Source of the DNA: Phoronis australis
Lineage: Eukaryota > Animalia > Phoronida
NCBI GenBank assembly: GCA_002633005.1
Contig: NMRA01000411.1
Coordinates: 62,001-126,000 of the forward strand
Reading direction: 5' to 3'
DNA length: 64,000 nucleotides
Positions 26,001 to 37,935 of the stretch are shown here, piece by piece. The notes under the pieces were generated by a model, which was not told where the DNA came from, did no database searches, and worked only from the letters and a program-made list of their open reading frames with translations. The position numbers and the translations under genes were made by a program. Numbering within the stretch: the stretch's first letter is position 1; each line of letters opens with the position of its first letter.

Positions 26001-29000
26001 TGTGGAAGTGATAATACAGGGTGTCCCAAAATGTACTCACACTTACGTACGAAGCCTGAAGTTCAAGTTCAGTCCCAGCGGATCAGACTCTGCGCCAGGG
26101 GTTATTATTGTATGATTAAATCGGGGATAATATAACATTCTATTTTTCCTGGTTACACCTTGTGGAAATATGTGATTGTGCGGGAATTTCAAACAAACAA
26201 CCTATTCTGTCAGTAGTGAAAAGCGAAAATTTATCGCACAATGCTACTTAGAACTCAAAAACGTCTGGGAAGTGCAAGTACAATTAATCTTCTTCCTAAA
26301 TCAACAAACAATGAACAACGCAGCTATTGTCATTCGAAGTGCGAGTACATTTTGGGACACCCTGTGTGTCAAAAAACAAGCTACTGAGTTATCTTCACTC
26401 TTCGTGGTTCGCAGTTTTACCAATAAATGTCGCTGCTGCTTGGGCGCAGTTAGTTTTCATGGTAAATTCATTGGGGTTTCATGCCGTGGACGGCAAACAT
26501 TTTCGCCCAGTAAACTGTATGATCACAAAGTTGGTTTCCTTATATTATTCACCCTCGTGACACTCCACTGACTTACAGGTAGCTAAGCCAGTCGTTGCCG
26601 TCGCAAGGACCGACACCACCTGGATGATCCCGGTCATCGTAGTGGCTTCGGTCGTCTTCCTGCTTGTTATTGTCATCGCCGCCTATTGCTATAGGTTGAA
26701 AGTGTTGTCTAAGAGAAACAGGGTGGCCGACAGTACGGAAGTTGTAAGTTATTTACGCATTCATTAGTATTCGGTGTTGTTTCTTCCTCGGATACAAAGT
26801 AACACGCACAACCCAAGCTTTTCGGGTGGGGGGAGGTGTTCTGTTCAAAAAGGGGTGTGTCTGCTGTTACCTATTTCTCTACTTTTACACCTAAGGTAAG
26901 TGGAGGGATGATCATGATCTAAGTTCAACCCGGTACAGTTAGTGGACGGTTGAGCGGACTTTTCGTACAAGAGTTCCACATCTCGGTTACCCGGATCACG
27001 CAAACTGCCAAATGACTTCCTGTATGCAAATTATTACCAAACTAGTCTATAATTACAAACCGAGAGCTTTCTGTCTAGCTACACACGTTTGCCACCGCGC
27101 CCCGGCCCTTTCATCTAGTTCGTATAGGGGTATCAAGCGATCACATTTTATTGAGTACCCTCGTTTTATATGATGGTGTTTCGGAGTTATGCACAGTAAT
27201 CAACTATTTTGAAACAATCTGTGCAATTAACACAAAATCCTCCGGGTACTCCATACAAATGTATAGAAGACGTGTCACTCATAAGGGAGACTTTTAGTGA
27301 CACAAGTTTCCCTACCAATTGCTTTTCTGAAAAATCTTTTTCCAAAATGATGCCTTTACCGAAAGAAATCCCTACAAAAAGTTGTATGAGAGAATTCAAC
27401 ACTCTACAAAGGACACACATGTTCAGAATGTGTTTTTTTTAAATATTATCTATAGTTTTAAAAGTTTTATTGCGAAAGATTTACTCATATTTGACATCAC
27501 GACATGTCTTCTTTTATACAAGCTTAATTGGTTAAAACTCTGCTAAGAATTGCGAAAAAGGGATAAGTTTATGGAGTCAATTTGCAAAAGGGGGATAATT
27601 TAGGAACACCACCCAACAAAGTGATGACTTTTTCATGAAAGCTCATTACGAATGGGTCCCTTTTTGAGCCCAATTTCTAAGTGGGAAGGTATCCTAATTT
27701 TCCAGCTGAACCACTCTCACCTCCCTAAAAATGAATAATTCATCGCATAACTCTTCCAGCTGGTGGAGAAACATTCGTTGAAAGATCACTTGATAGAGTG
27801 CGTAGAAAAGGGAGAAGCGAGTCAAGACCTTCAAAATGAACAGCCATGTGGTTCTAAGGTATACAGAATTTTAACAACAAGTGTTTCAAATTACCAACTC
27901 AAAATGCACGATAAGAAATGAGTTCGATAATTCGTGAAATCCTTTATAGTCAGTTAAGTTTTACCCATTCAGCTCTCTTCCAGTCCGACGAAATGAAATA
28001 AGCTCATAAAACTGCCGCGTGAGAACCAAGATGGTCAACTTCAGATTTGTTGAGCGTGCTTGACATGCAGTGACACCCATTGACAAACTTTGTCTGGTGA
28101 ATTTTACCACAACAAATTTGACATTTAAACTGTTCTTATTTCTCCCTATGTAGTGTGAAAATGAAAGAACGTGAAACTTAAATTAGCTATCAATGTCCTA
28201 GTATTTTGAGCACAGTGTATTTATAAGGCGCCATTAATTATGTACCGTAGGAGGGAGCTGAATACTCTTCGAAAGACGGAATAAAACTATTATCTTACAA
28301 GACGGTTGGCGAGGGAGCTGACCATGGCAACGCGTCGGAACTAAGGGGTGCACGGAGGTTACCACCCATAGTACAAGCGATAGCCACCAAATCCATTGGT
28401 CTCCAGAGTGATTTGACGCCAGTTCATAAGGGTAAGAAGAAACGAAAGAACAGAAAGAAGCGAAGTCGCGTTGTGGTAAGCAACTGTAAATCATTTTAAT
28501 TGGCATTTAGTTTTTAATGAAATAAATTTATTGTACAGGGGCGGATCCAGGATTTTTAAATGGGTGGTCAGATTAAGAATATCTTTAAACAGGGGGTGTC
28601 CAAGTCAACAATTTGAGAATTCTAGATTTGACATCATTAAAATCAATGGATAAAAGGGGGTCCGGACCCCATGATACGCCTTTGTTGTGCATTGCATTTT
28701 AACTTGTCGTGATGTTATCTGTTTTTTTAGGCTTGACACCTTCTCGGGGATTTCTAGGGAGTAGCTCGTGCTGTCACTTTCGGTATATCTACGACTTTGT
28801 ATCATGATTCTGAAAAAGGCTCCACCTCCAAAAGGATGCCTGCCTCCCGCCCTTCCTTCCTCCCTCATCACTTTCTTTCGGGAACTGCTTTCTCGTAATA
28901 TTAAACTGTCATGTTCGTGGTTTTCATTAAACTTGCATAGTACAAAACATAACCTTATATGGCACTGGTTGCTAGAATCATAGATTGTGTTAGTTGTGCA

Positions 29001-32000
29001 AAACAATTCTCTGAAATCTGATTATGACTCATGAGCATATGATCTTTAGTTCTGACAAACAAGTTTTCAGTTGAGAGTTAGACAGCATAGTGAATAGATG
29101 TATCTTGTAGATCTCTAGAATAAACCCACGTAAAACCGTAACACAGAGTTGTTTGAAAGAGGTTTTCATACATAAACCAACACGTACGCACTGCGGTAGA
29201 CTTGTACATCGACTAGAGCATGCGCTTGCCGAAAAAATTGTTGGGCGTATATAACCCGCAGCGGAATTAAAACTTTCCACCTGTTTAAAGTGAATTATGT
29301 CGAATTTCTACCTTGATGTTATCTTTTTCAGCCTCAGACAAGCGAAAAACCAAACACCTTTCTTTATGAAAATGCAGCATTCATGAACGAAGCACGACAA
29401 ACCAGGTATGGGCTCTCGCAAGAGGCAATAACATGAGAGTGGGTCCACCTTTCCCCAGCTAAGTGAGGTGTAGATGTTTAAATTTTAGTAGCAAATATAT
29501 GCTCTTTAGAATAACGTAAATTCCTCGCGTTTAAGTGTGTGCCTGCAGACTCTCACTTAGTATATTTATTCTAGTTTTCAGATCCCAAAAAAACACCACT
29601 GGGCCACCAGCATGATTACGTTTTTTTCTTGGCGCAGTGCCTTCTGACCGCCAGGGCTAGCGTCCAATAGCTTGACTCGAAAATCAAGATCGACTCTGTG
29701 AATCACTCCTCATCGGCTCGCCAAAGTAAAGGGCTGGATTTTCGTACCCTGGCGAAGGGCTGATGCCATATGCCATTCATTTGCGGATGTGCATTTTTCG
29801 AGCCTACCTTGAGTATAGATAGTACCAGGAAGAGACTTCCTGATAGTACCCAGGGCCAAGATTCGCAGTTTAGAAGAAACTCGATCATAGAGAGGAAACT
29901 ATTCACATACACATTAATCGAACCATCCAGAGACGCTCCAGTGTCAGTTAAAATGAAATGGAGCGACACAGTGCTGTCAGCGTGCCACCATCCTAAGTAT
30001 AATACACAAAACACACGAAAATGCTAAAAATCATTGTACTATTGCACGGTTCCTGCGTTTTGGTAACCGCCGCAACTGAACACTCGATAGTCAGCAAATC
30101 ATGTTAAATAATTACAACAGCCAACTAGGGTAGGCTTATTTGGCAAATTTCGTACATATAGTAAAGTGCATGCTGTGGAAATAAATTTCTGGTAGATGTA
30201 TTTAATACCTTCAGGGGAGGATTCAGGATTAATGGGGGGCAGCCTGAGGCAGAGCCGGTCTAGGGAGTCTGTTCATTGTGAACTCATATCATAAAAAGAG
30301 ACAAAGCAACAAACCAAGGTTAATTAGCATAACCAATTAATCAATGTGCCTGGGCTGATGAGAAAGGTTGGAAAGACAGCACGCGAGAAAAGTAAAAAAC
30401 GTTTACTGCTCCGTGAAAACACTCAGTAGTGTTCACTATTTTGTTGGTGTTTATTGTTTTGTTGTTTGTAGGGGGCCTCTCACAGCCTCGTTTTGGATTT
30501 TTTGTCGTAGCGATTTGTAATTAGTGCAAGCGGCCCTGTTTGTTGTGAAAAACATTTCGGCTTCGTGACTTGTGGGTCTGGGCACCGGGCCGACATTCCT
30601 GATTAATGATAATGTAGCGGGATTACTTTGAAATAGGTGAGCCTACGAAATATTCAGTCTGAACATAGTATAACGGTGACATAATACTCTGGAGAGAGTG
30701 TGGTCACTTGAACCTAGGAGAAGAACGGCGAGTGGTTTATAAGATTTCCGTGAACTAGCTGCGCCAGCAGAGACGATGGTCATTGTCTGTGAACTGCCAG
30801 TGCTTTCGCTTTAAAAGCAAGTCGGTCTACGGATCAATCAATCTAGAACCGCTCCACTATTCCTTGATATTAGGAATGCTGATCTAAAGCACAAGTTCAA
30901 ATCTTGTGGAAACTCGTGGATTTCATCAAACACCCAGACAATTGTGTCTGTCTATTACTATTAGCTATCTATTGTCCTTAGCCAATAGGGGTAATCATTG
31001 CTCTTGCTGTGCGTGAACTTGGAATCCTGCTTAATCTTAAGATTAAGCGAAAGTGAGTGTTGCATGAACTTGGAATTGAATATTCTTTAAGGCAAAAAGG
31101 TGAAATTGTTGTTTGGTGAAAAGAATTTTTGTAATTATTGGCCTCGCGATCAACCATTTTCTCCTTTACCGGCTTTACTGTAACTTGTGTTGCTAAACCG
31201 GAGGAATATGTGAACGGCTAAATCGATTATTGTTTGGTGAAACTGATCGTTGAAAAGGTTGGTTAAAATTGACATTATTTTGTTCAAATGTAACTTGATT
31301 TAGTGCAAGGCAAATTTTTATGAACATGAGCGTGACTATTTGAGTGAACTTGTCAAGTTGCCTCGCGTATTCCAAGTTCAAGCAACACTTACTTCCGCTT
31401 AATCTTGAGATTAAGCGGAATTCCAAGTTCACCTACAGCACTCTCAGTCACAATCACACAAGATTTTTTGCATTTGGCCATTTTCAATTCAAGGGTTACT
31501 GTATTAGTGTATAACTCACGGGTACCTGGGGAGAGCTCAGTAATGCTAGAACCTTGCTAAAAAGCAAGACTTGGCTAGATTACGTGGAATGTTGCCGTGT
31601 ATTTTAAGTGAAAACACATGATTTTGGCTAGATTTTAGCGAGATTTTAGTGTAGGTCCTCGCTAGCATTAGGCCTAGTGAACTCTGTCCTGGCTAGTTCA
31701 AGTTCGATTCCCTGTTGGAGAAATTGATTTGACTCTGCAGTTAGGTTAAAATATTCTTGATAGTTATTTTGTTAATTTTTTTGGTGATTTTTGACATCTT
31801 TTAAATTTTCTGTCATCGTCTTACAAGATTTGAAACTTGAGGTATCTTTTGTACAGATCAAGGTCCTTTTGTGTGGAGCAGAGTGGTTACCCAATCTGCA
31901 ATGTGTGACTTCAATAATAATAATAACTCTGTGGTCTGTGTATCGGCCTAAATTATGCGGACAAAAGACTATTTAACAGTATACAAAACTGGTATCAGAA

Positions 32001-35000
32001 TTTAAAAACCCAAACCAAATTTCGGTGTGGAAAATAAACTAAATGAGAGATCATCATTTCTAAAATCAATTAATTTTTTGATCTGTTCACACACACACAT
32101 ACTTCAATCCTATTTGCAGAGGCACTATATTTCAGTGGGTCATTTTTGGACCATCTTCAGTGATCTTTAGAAGACTTTGCTTGGGAGCAGTAGTCGGATA
32201 TAACATCCCCGTATTTTGTGAACCAGTTTGATCATGATATTCAGTGACGAAAACTGGTTCTAAAAATTAGGTCACGTTATACTCAACAATTACCGTGCTT
32301 GGGTATCGAGTGGTACACTCAGCGTTATCAGTGATGAGCACTTTTTTATTTTTCCTCGGCGCACGGTGAGATTTGAACTGGAGAACTTTCAGTAAAGCTC
32401 TCTAACCGCTTGACCACCAAGTCATCACTGACCCCTTTGAGTGTATAATACCAGTATATTAGTACGCGCATCATTGCCAATGTAAATAGACCTGACATTA
32501 CAAATATCCCTTATTTAAAATGTCAACTTCAGATGTTCGCACATTCCAAATCTTGGTATCAATATACTAGTAGTCCATTGCTAAGCAAATATCATCTACT
32601 GTGATGGAAATTGGTCAACGCAGAGTCCAAATGGGAGAAACGGCCATGCTAATGCTGCAGACAGATGTGATAACAGTTGTATGTCGATTATGTATGGCTG
32701 ATCCCTCGTGTGTGGCTAGGACCAGTATCTATATTGGTCCCAGGAACATGGCTAACTTGCTCTTTGCAGCTCTGTTAAGACTTGAAGTATCTATTGCAGG
32801 CCCATAAGCCCACCCAACCAGGTACAACACAGCTACAACATCGACTCCAAGAACACCAAAGTTCTAGAGGAGGTGATCGCATTGAAATCAATTAATCCAC
32901 CTGAATCTGGTGTGTCGGTCTCTGAGAGAAGGAATTCAAATACAGTGACACTCACCATACCACTGGATAAAGTAAGTATAGTTCATCTAGACAAAGTAGA
33001 CTGCTATAAGAAGGGTTCTATAGGGATGTGTAGGAAGTGATCTAGTTATTATGAATTATGGTTTAAGATTTAACAGAACCTTAGGTGTTTAAGGATTTGA
33101 AAATTTTGAAGGTTATTTTTGTGTTAAGTTTTGAAGCTGTAGGAAAAGTATTCTTATCATGCAGGCAAATCGGTTTTTCTGGTTATTTTTAGCATTCGTA
33201 GAGAGGAGAATTTAACATCATGATTATTTTTTCATTTCTCGAATTTTTCAAATTTGGCTTTTTACACTAGTTGCTGTAACAAGAGTGTGTGCACAGGTAA
33301 GTTTTATAGAAATATTGGTTACCAAATCAATATTAATTAAATGTGTGCATAAAAGAATGCTGCATGGTGTTTGAAACATTTTTAAGTCTGTTCTGCACGT
33401 TACCTACTGGCAACATCACAAATGAATATAATTTACAGGTTCATACAACTTATCTTGTAACTTTGTTCTATTCAGGAAAACATGCCACTGTTTGAGCATA
33501 TCGCAAAGTTTGCTTCCCTTGAAGACAACTTTTTGGAACGCCACAGCCTTCCAGTGAGAGTCCGTAGCCCCATACAGTCTCCAACATTTCCGCCTCAAGC
33601 CTTCCTTGAAAAGGAAATTCACAACAATGACGCACATCCGTTTGTTGACCAGAATGCATCAAGCCAGACCTTAACTAGAGTGAAATTAACGGGTGACCTC
33701 TTTGACTCTTCTGTAAGTCGATATTGTAGTTGTATGAATACATGTAAAAGTGTGATTACATTTGGACAGCCTGGGCTTACAACTAAGTTTTACTAATGTA
33801 TGGGCACGTGTATATATTTTAGTGGCAAATCTTGTTTTGTTTTGACTTTGCATTTGATGTTAACAAAAATATTTATTCTGAGTACCTATTTAGGTTGTAT
33901 GAACAGTTAAACAAATATGTTTATAAGTAATGTATATAAGTAATGAAACTTAATTTCATTGATTCACAGAAAGTGGCAGAAATCAAAGTTTGAATATACA
34001 ATACACGCATGTGTCCAATTAAATGTTTACTGTAAGATACAGAGTGGTGAGTAACCTAAATACAATATTTAAATGTACTCATAATATGCCTGTAGAGACC
34101 ATTCTGTTTTGTATAGTGATGTTTTTTCAATTGCATTTACAAGCAAATGAGTTCATGTTGTGAAATCAGGTGAGTTAGCTCTTGTAGTTTTCTACAGTTG
34201 ATAAATATATATTTTAGTGTTCACTGAACACCACTTAATATTGAATTGTTCCTTGGTATTTAGGAAAATCTTCTACAAAATGATGAGCCAACTGTCGATG
34301 AGGTAGAAGTCACTCTTCAAGAGAGAGCTGAAAGGGAGAGACTCAAAAACAAACAGCGACATAGACGCAAGTTTAGAGTGAGTGTCTTGGTCCTTTTGGG
34401 CATGAATTTATATAAAATAATATTTACTGCAAGGCTCAAGAGTTCAAAATTTATGTGGCTGAAAAAAAGTTACGCGCCCAACGTCCCTGCGAGACCGTAA
34501 AACGAGCGTACCTCAAGTAAAGTGTGTGGTCTGGCACATTTTCATGGGAAAATTGAGATTTCAAGTTTGGCTTAAAACATGTGCCCAATGTTCCCACAAG
34601 ACTGTAAAATGGGTATCCTCTACTGCAATGTAGGGTCGTACACATATTTACCAAGGGCTACATTTCTTAAAATACTCTTTAGTCTCCTTAACACGTGGAA
34701 ATGTGTGAAAGGAGTGTGTTAAAATTCACAAAATTCAAATTTTATTGAAGCTGTAAAGCTGATATAAATGGTAACAAAAACAAGCACTTTGCACTATTTT
34801 GGCGGATCCTTTCTTCACCTGTGCTTGGCCTGTGAACGAAAATTCTAGTTGGAATACCTGCAGTTTTGTTGGGATTCATCTCATTAGTACGAGGACAAAT
34901 TTTTCCCACTGGAAACTGGCCTCGTCCATCTGATTGAATCCCACACACGAATGGCCAGTCTGAAAAGTCTGACATCGACGGCCGAGATAACTGATGCATT

Positions 35001-37935
35001 GCAGTTTACACCCTCACCCAAGAGTGTCTATATCCTATTAGCGTAAGTAGCGGTTTTGTAGAACTACTGGTATGTTCTAAGCAAGGAAGTACATGGCATA
35101 GTCGCTAAATGACACCACCTTTTTAATCGCAAGTCTTAGCAAGCGTGCTAGTAGTCATCGGTAATAGGTGAGATCAGGAGGAGTTTGTGCTCTCTGGATG
35201 TCGCGTCCCACAGAACCTAAATTTCGCTATTGTCACAAATCTCGCTTAAATTTCGACACTGGTGATCCCTTTGTCGTCTGAGAAAATTTTTTTAGCACCA
35301 GGTTAAAAATCATGGAGAGGAATTTATTCATGAGACTGTTGCTTACCTTACTCGTTTGGGTTATCCCCCATGTTTGGCTGAGTGACCATCCCCAATTTAT
35401 ATTATCGAGACTCCCGTGAGTGGCCGTCATATCTCAATTTGAGCTCCCATCTCGAAGGATATATGAATTATTGTACTGTGGAACTTTGTCAGAGTTGAGA
35501 GCGAACAACCTACGTACACGCATTTAACTTGTGCGAATTTTACTGTGTGTTTATTTAGGCTCTCTTTACTGACAATTGCCATAACAGTTGTGCTTAGTTA
35601 TATAAACCTGTAACCAAGAGGTATATATCTAGTGGAAGCTAGTGTAACAGAGCAAGTCTCCACTGGACATCAAAAATATGTATTTCCTCTCATCAGGCAT
35701 ACGTTTCAGTTCAATTGCACATGATAACGATCAATTTTCATGAAAGCAAATGAAGGAAACACCCTTCTCCTAAGCCTGTCGCTAGCGAAGTGCCCGACAC
35801 ATACAGTCGCGCCCACATGCCCACGTAACAAAGGCGCACTGAGACGCAACAAAGACATTAGCATAAGAATAACTGAACATTTGCAACTAAATAAGAATAA
35901 CAATAAGCGCAAAGTTACGAACGTCCCGTCACACTAGTTTACTGTGTTGTTAGAGGAGACAGTGCCACCTAGTGGGACAAGTGTCCACTTCCTTTACTCG
36001 AAGTCATGGGTTCGAGTCCCTCTGGGTCACACTGCTGAACCTTTGAGTTTGGTTTCTAGCTCCTCAACTCAGTTTTAACAATATATTAATAAAGCATAAA
36101 AATGGTTCCAGGTGATCAGTGCAATGGGCCAACCTGAGAAACCTGCGCATGTCCGGTACAATGTGTGCGAAGCCGCCTGTAATTATTTCTTGTGTGTACT
36201 TTGTTGTAACAGGAACTTGAGGATGTTGAGAAGGGAGTGTCACCAGTGAAGTCACCCAGGTCTCATCAGATCGATAAAGAGCGACAAAAGTGGCTCAGAC
36301 AGCAGTGTCAGCTGGAACCTGTCGTCGACCAAGACTTCCAGCCAGGGGTATTCCCTAGTCCTGCGTTCAGGTTAGTTGACATATACACAGCACATGAGTA
36401 TTTTGGTGCTTTTGCCCTTGTCTCCCACAAAACTATTTTAAGGTCAAGTCTTGCATTGGTCCTGTAGTCAGGTATTGATGTGCCCACATTTTGGTATTTG
36501 TATGCGAGCAATTTAAAAGTTGCATCAATAACTTAGGTATATGTGCCTTAAGGTGATGCATTGGAGTTAATGCAAGGATTCCAACAGTAGCTTGTGGTGT
36601 GTGAATGTAAATGTAGATTTTGACACAATTCCTACTTTAAGTTATTTATTTATAAGTAATTCCTAATACTATTAAAAATACAGTGAGCTTAAGACGTCAA
36701 CCTGTGCAAGGAGCACATGTCTCTACCTACAGGTGAAGCTAAGGTGAATGGTCCTTAATGCAGACACTTCAGCAAAAATGATGTCTTGACATGATTGTGT
36801 TGATGCCTTTAATGGTTGTCAACTCGTGTTTCAGGAGAATCCAAGAAGCACGCCAGCAACGCTGGAGGAGAAAGAAGGGTCCATTGACTGACGAACCGAT
36901 GGATGGAGAGGAGGCAACTTCTAAAATTGACGAACCGCCATTTGTAAGTTTTGTTAGCCAGCCATGTCTACCAATTGTCTAAAGGAGTTTTAGTAATCTC
37001 TTTATGAACGTCTTGCTTTTTGATCTTAGTCGAACCTACATCAGCACTCGGCATGGGTGAAAATGTCCGCTCAAAAGTACGAGTGACGGCATATTGCTAC
37101 TTACATCCCTGGATTTGGGCTCATAAGAAGTTGTAACCAAACTTTTAAAAAAATGCCTGTCAAAGTGATACAACTGTAGTCAATTTTCTTCTTGTATTTT
37201 GCTTTTTCCATTTTTATCAAGCCCTGTACATAATTTTTTGTTGACAAGATCAAATGAGCGAGGCAATGTTTTTAAACCCCATAGTGCTTTGGTTAAGAAT
37301 TGAACAGTAACAGCTTAACTGCAGTGGAATCGAGCTTTAACATCTTTTTTGACATTTAGGAGGAGAAGAAATTAGGACGAAACATGAGAGCTATGCCCAG
37401 TAAAGCTAGCCTTGGAGACAGGTCAGAGAAGATTTGTAACCCTCAGCTGGCTTTACAGCACCATCTTGCAAAGCTGAATACTCAACACCAGTTACATAAG
37501 GCTATGTTGACACAGCGAACAAGAGCCGTGGAAAAACCCAGCATGAAGACGCAGCAGGCCTGGGGAACGGGTAATGGTGATGTGGACACTTCCAAACAGG
37601 GTCTTCCAACTTGCCAATCAGTGCAGAGGGAGCAAGAGCAGGGTTTACAGGAGACGGCATTGAGTGATAGAGACGTGTACATGCAGTCCGATGGAGGCAG
37701 CTGTGATGGTAGACTTGCGAGTGTGGGTAGGCCCATGAGTGAGCCAGGGGCGGCGCTTGTTGGGAGTCATGCAGATGTCACCCGTGGAGATGATGGTCAG
37801 AATGGTGGCAGTGAAAAGAGGAAAAAGAAGAAGAGATATCTACGAGAACGAGGCTCGGTCAGTAGCGAGAAAAAACAGCATGTGGATGTGGCGAATGTGA
37901 GTGAGGAATTCAAGAAACTACAGCCATCGGACTGA
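23024..37935 (+). CDS. KIAA1549/UPF0606-like type I membrane mucin with SEA-like module and long cytoplasmic tail (~1151 aa)
   Basis: Phase-consistent exons 23024-24311, 24743-24837, 25478-25621, 26579-26743, 27760-27858, 28251-28475, 29332-29405, 32800-32971, 33476-33712, 34264-34377, 36213-36370, 36835-36943, 37360-37935. Signal peptide, Thr/Ser mucin repeats, RRKR site, IQKIER..VKFYV..MSAQHVVSTMNKLDLTEMSALIG..VAKPV, TM segment WMIPVIVVASVVFLLVIVIAAY, tail motif ERAERERLKNKQRHRRK. The juxtamembrane and tail segments resemble KIAA1549/KIAA1549L as recalled. Confidence 0.75.
23111..24110 (+). repeat. Coding 66-bp (22-aa) mucin tandem repeat, ~15 units, degenerating at the 3' end
   Basis: Unit TSPTNTTTSAQGTVTSNTAATA; acatcacctaca recurs at 23111 and 23177; one unit has a one-codon deletion. 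Confidence 0.95.
24882..25101. mobile_element. MITE family A, 5-bp TSD TAATA
   Basis: taata|catgcgcgcaccc...gggtgcgcgcgtg|taata. Confidence 0.9.
26017..26364. mobile_element. Tc1/mariner-type MITE
   Basis: ta|cagggtgtcccaaaatgtactc...gagtacattttgggacaccctg; TA on the left flank, TG on the right. Confidence 0.8.
28536..28684. mobile_element. Short MITE with element-B-like termini and near-perfect 5-bp TSD
   Basis: ttgta|caggggcggatcc...gatacgcctttg|ttgtg. Confidence 0.65.
29582..29615 (+). CDS. Candidate alternative terminal exon of the KIAA1549-like gene (R-SQKNTTGPPA*)
   Basis: Acceptor tagttttcag at 29581; phase 2 matches the donor at 29405; TGA at 29613-29615; AATAAA at 30180-30185. Confidence 0.4.
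31007..31439. mobile_element. MITE with ~70-bp inverted arms
   Basis: gtgaacttggaatcctgcttaatcttaagattaagcg mirrored by cgcttaatcttgagattaagcggaattccaagttcac. Confidence 0.75.
31540..31670. mobile_element. Interspersed repeat; diverged inverted copy at ~60890-61030
   Basis: tgttgccgtgtattttaagtgaaaacacatgattttggctagattttagc is the reverse-complement homologue of gctaaaatctagtcagagtcacgtgttctcatttaaaatacacggcaata. Confidence 0.65.
32188..32268. mobile_element. Interspersed repeat; inverted copy at ~62890-62972
   Basis: gatataacatccccgtattttgtgaaccagtttgat...gatattcagtgacgaaaactggttct versus agaaccagttttctccactgaatatc...atcaaactggttctcaaaatacgggcacgttatatc. Confidence 0.65.
35960..36035 (+). 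mobile_element. tRNA-derived SINE-like relic
   Basis: Degenerate A box (cctagtgg) and B box gggttcgagtccc with no intact cloverleaf; a similar relic lies on the minus strand at ~32358-32422. Confidence 0.35.
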
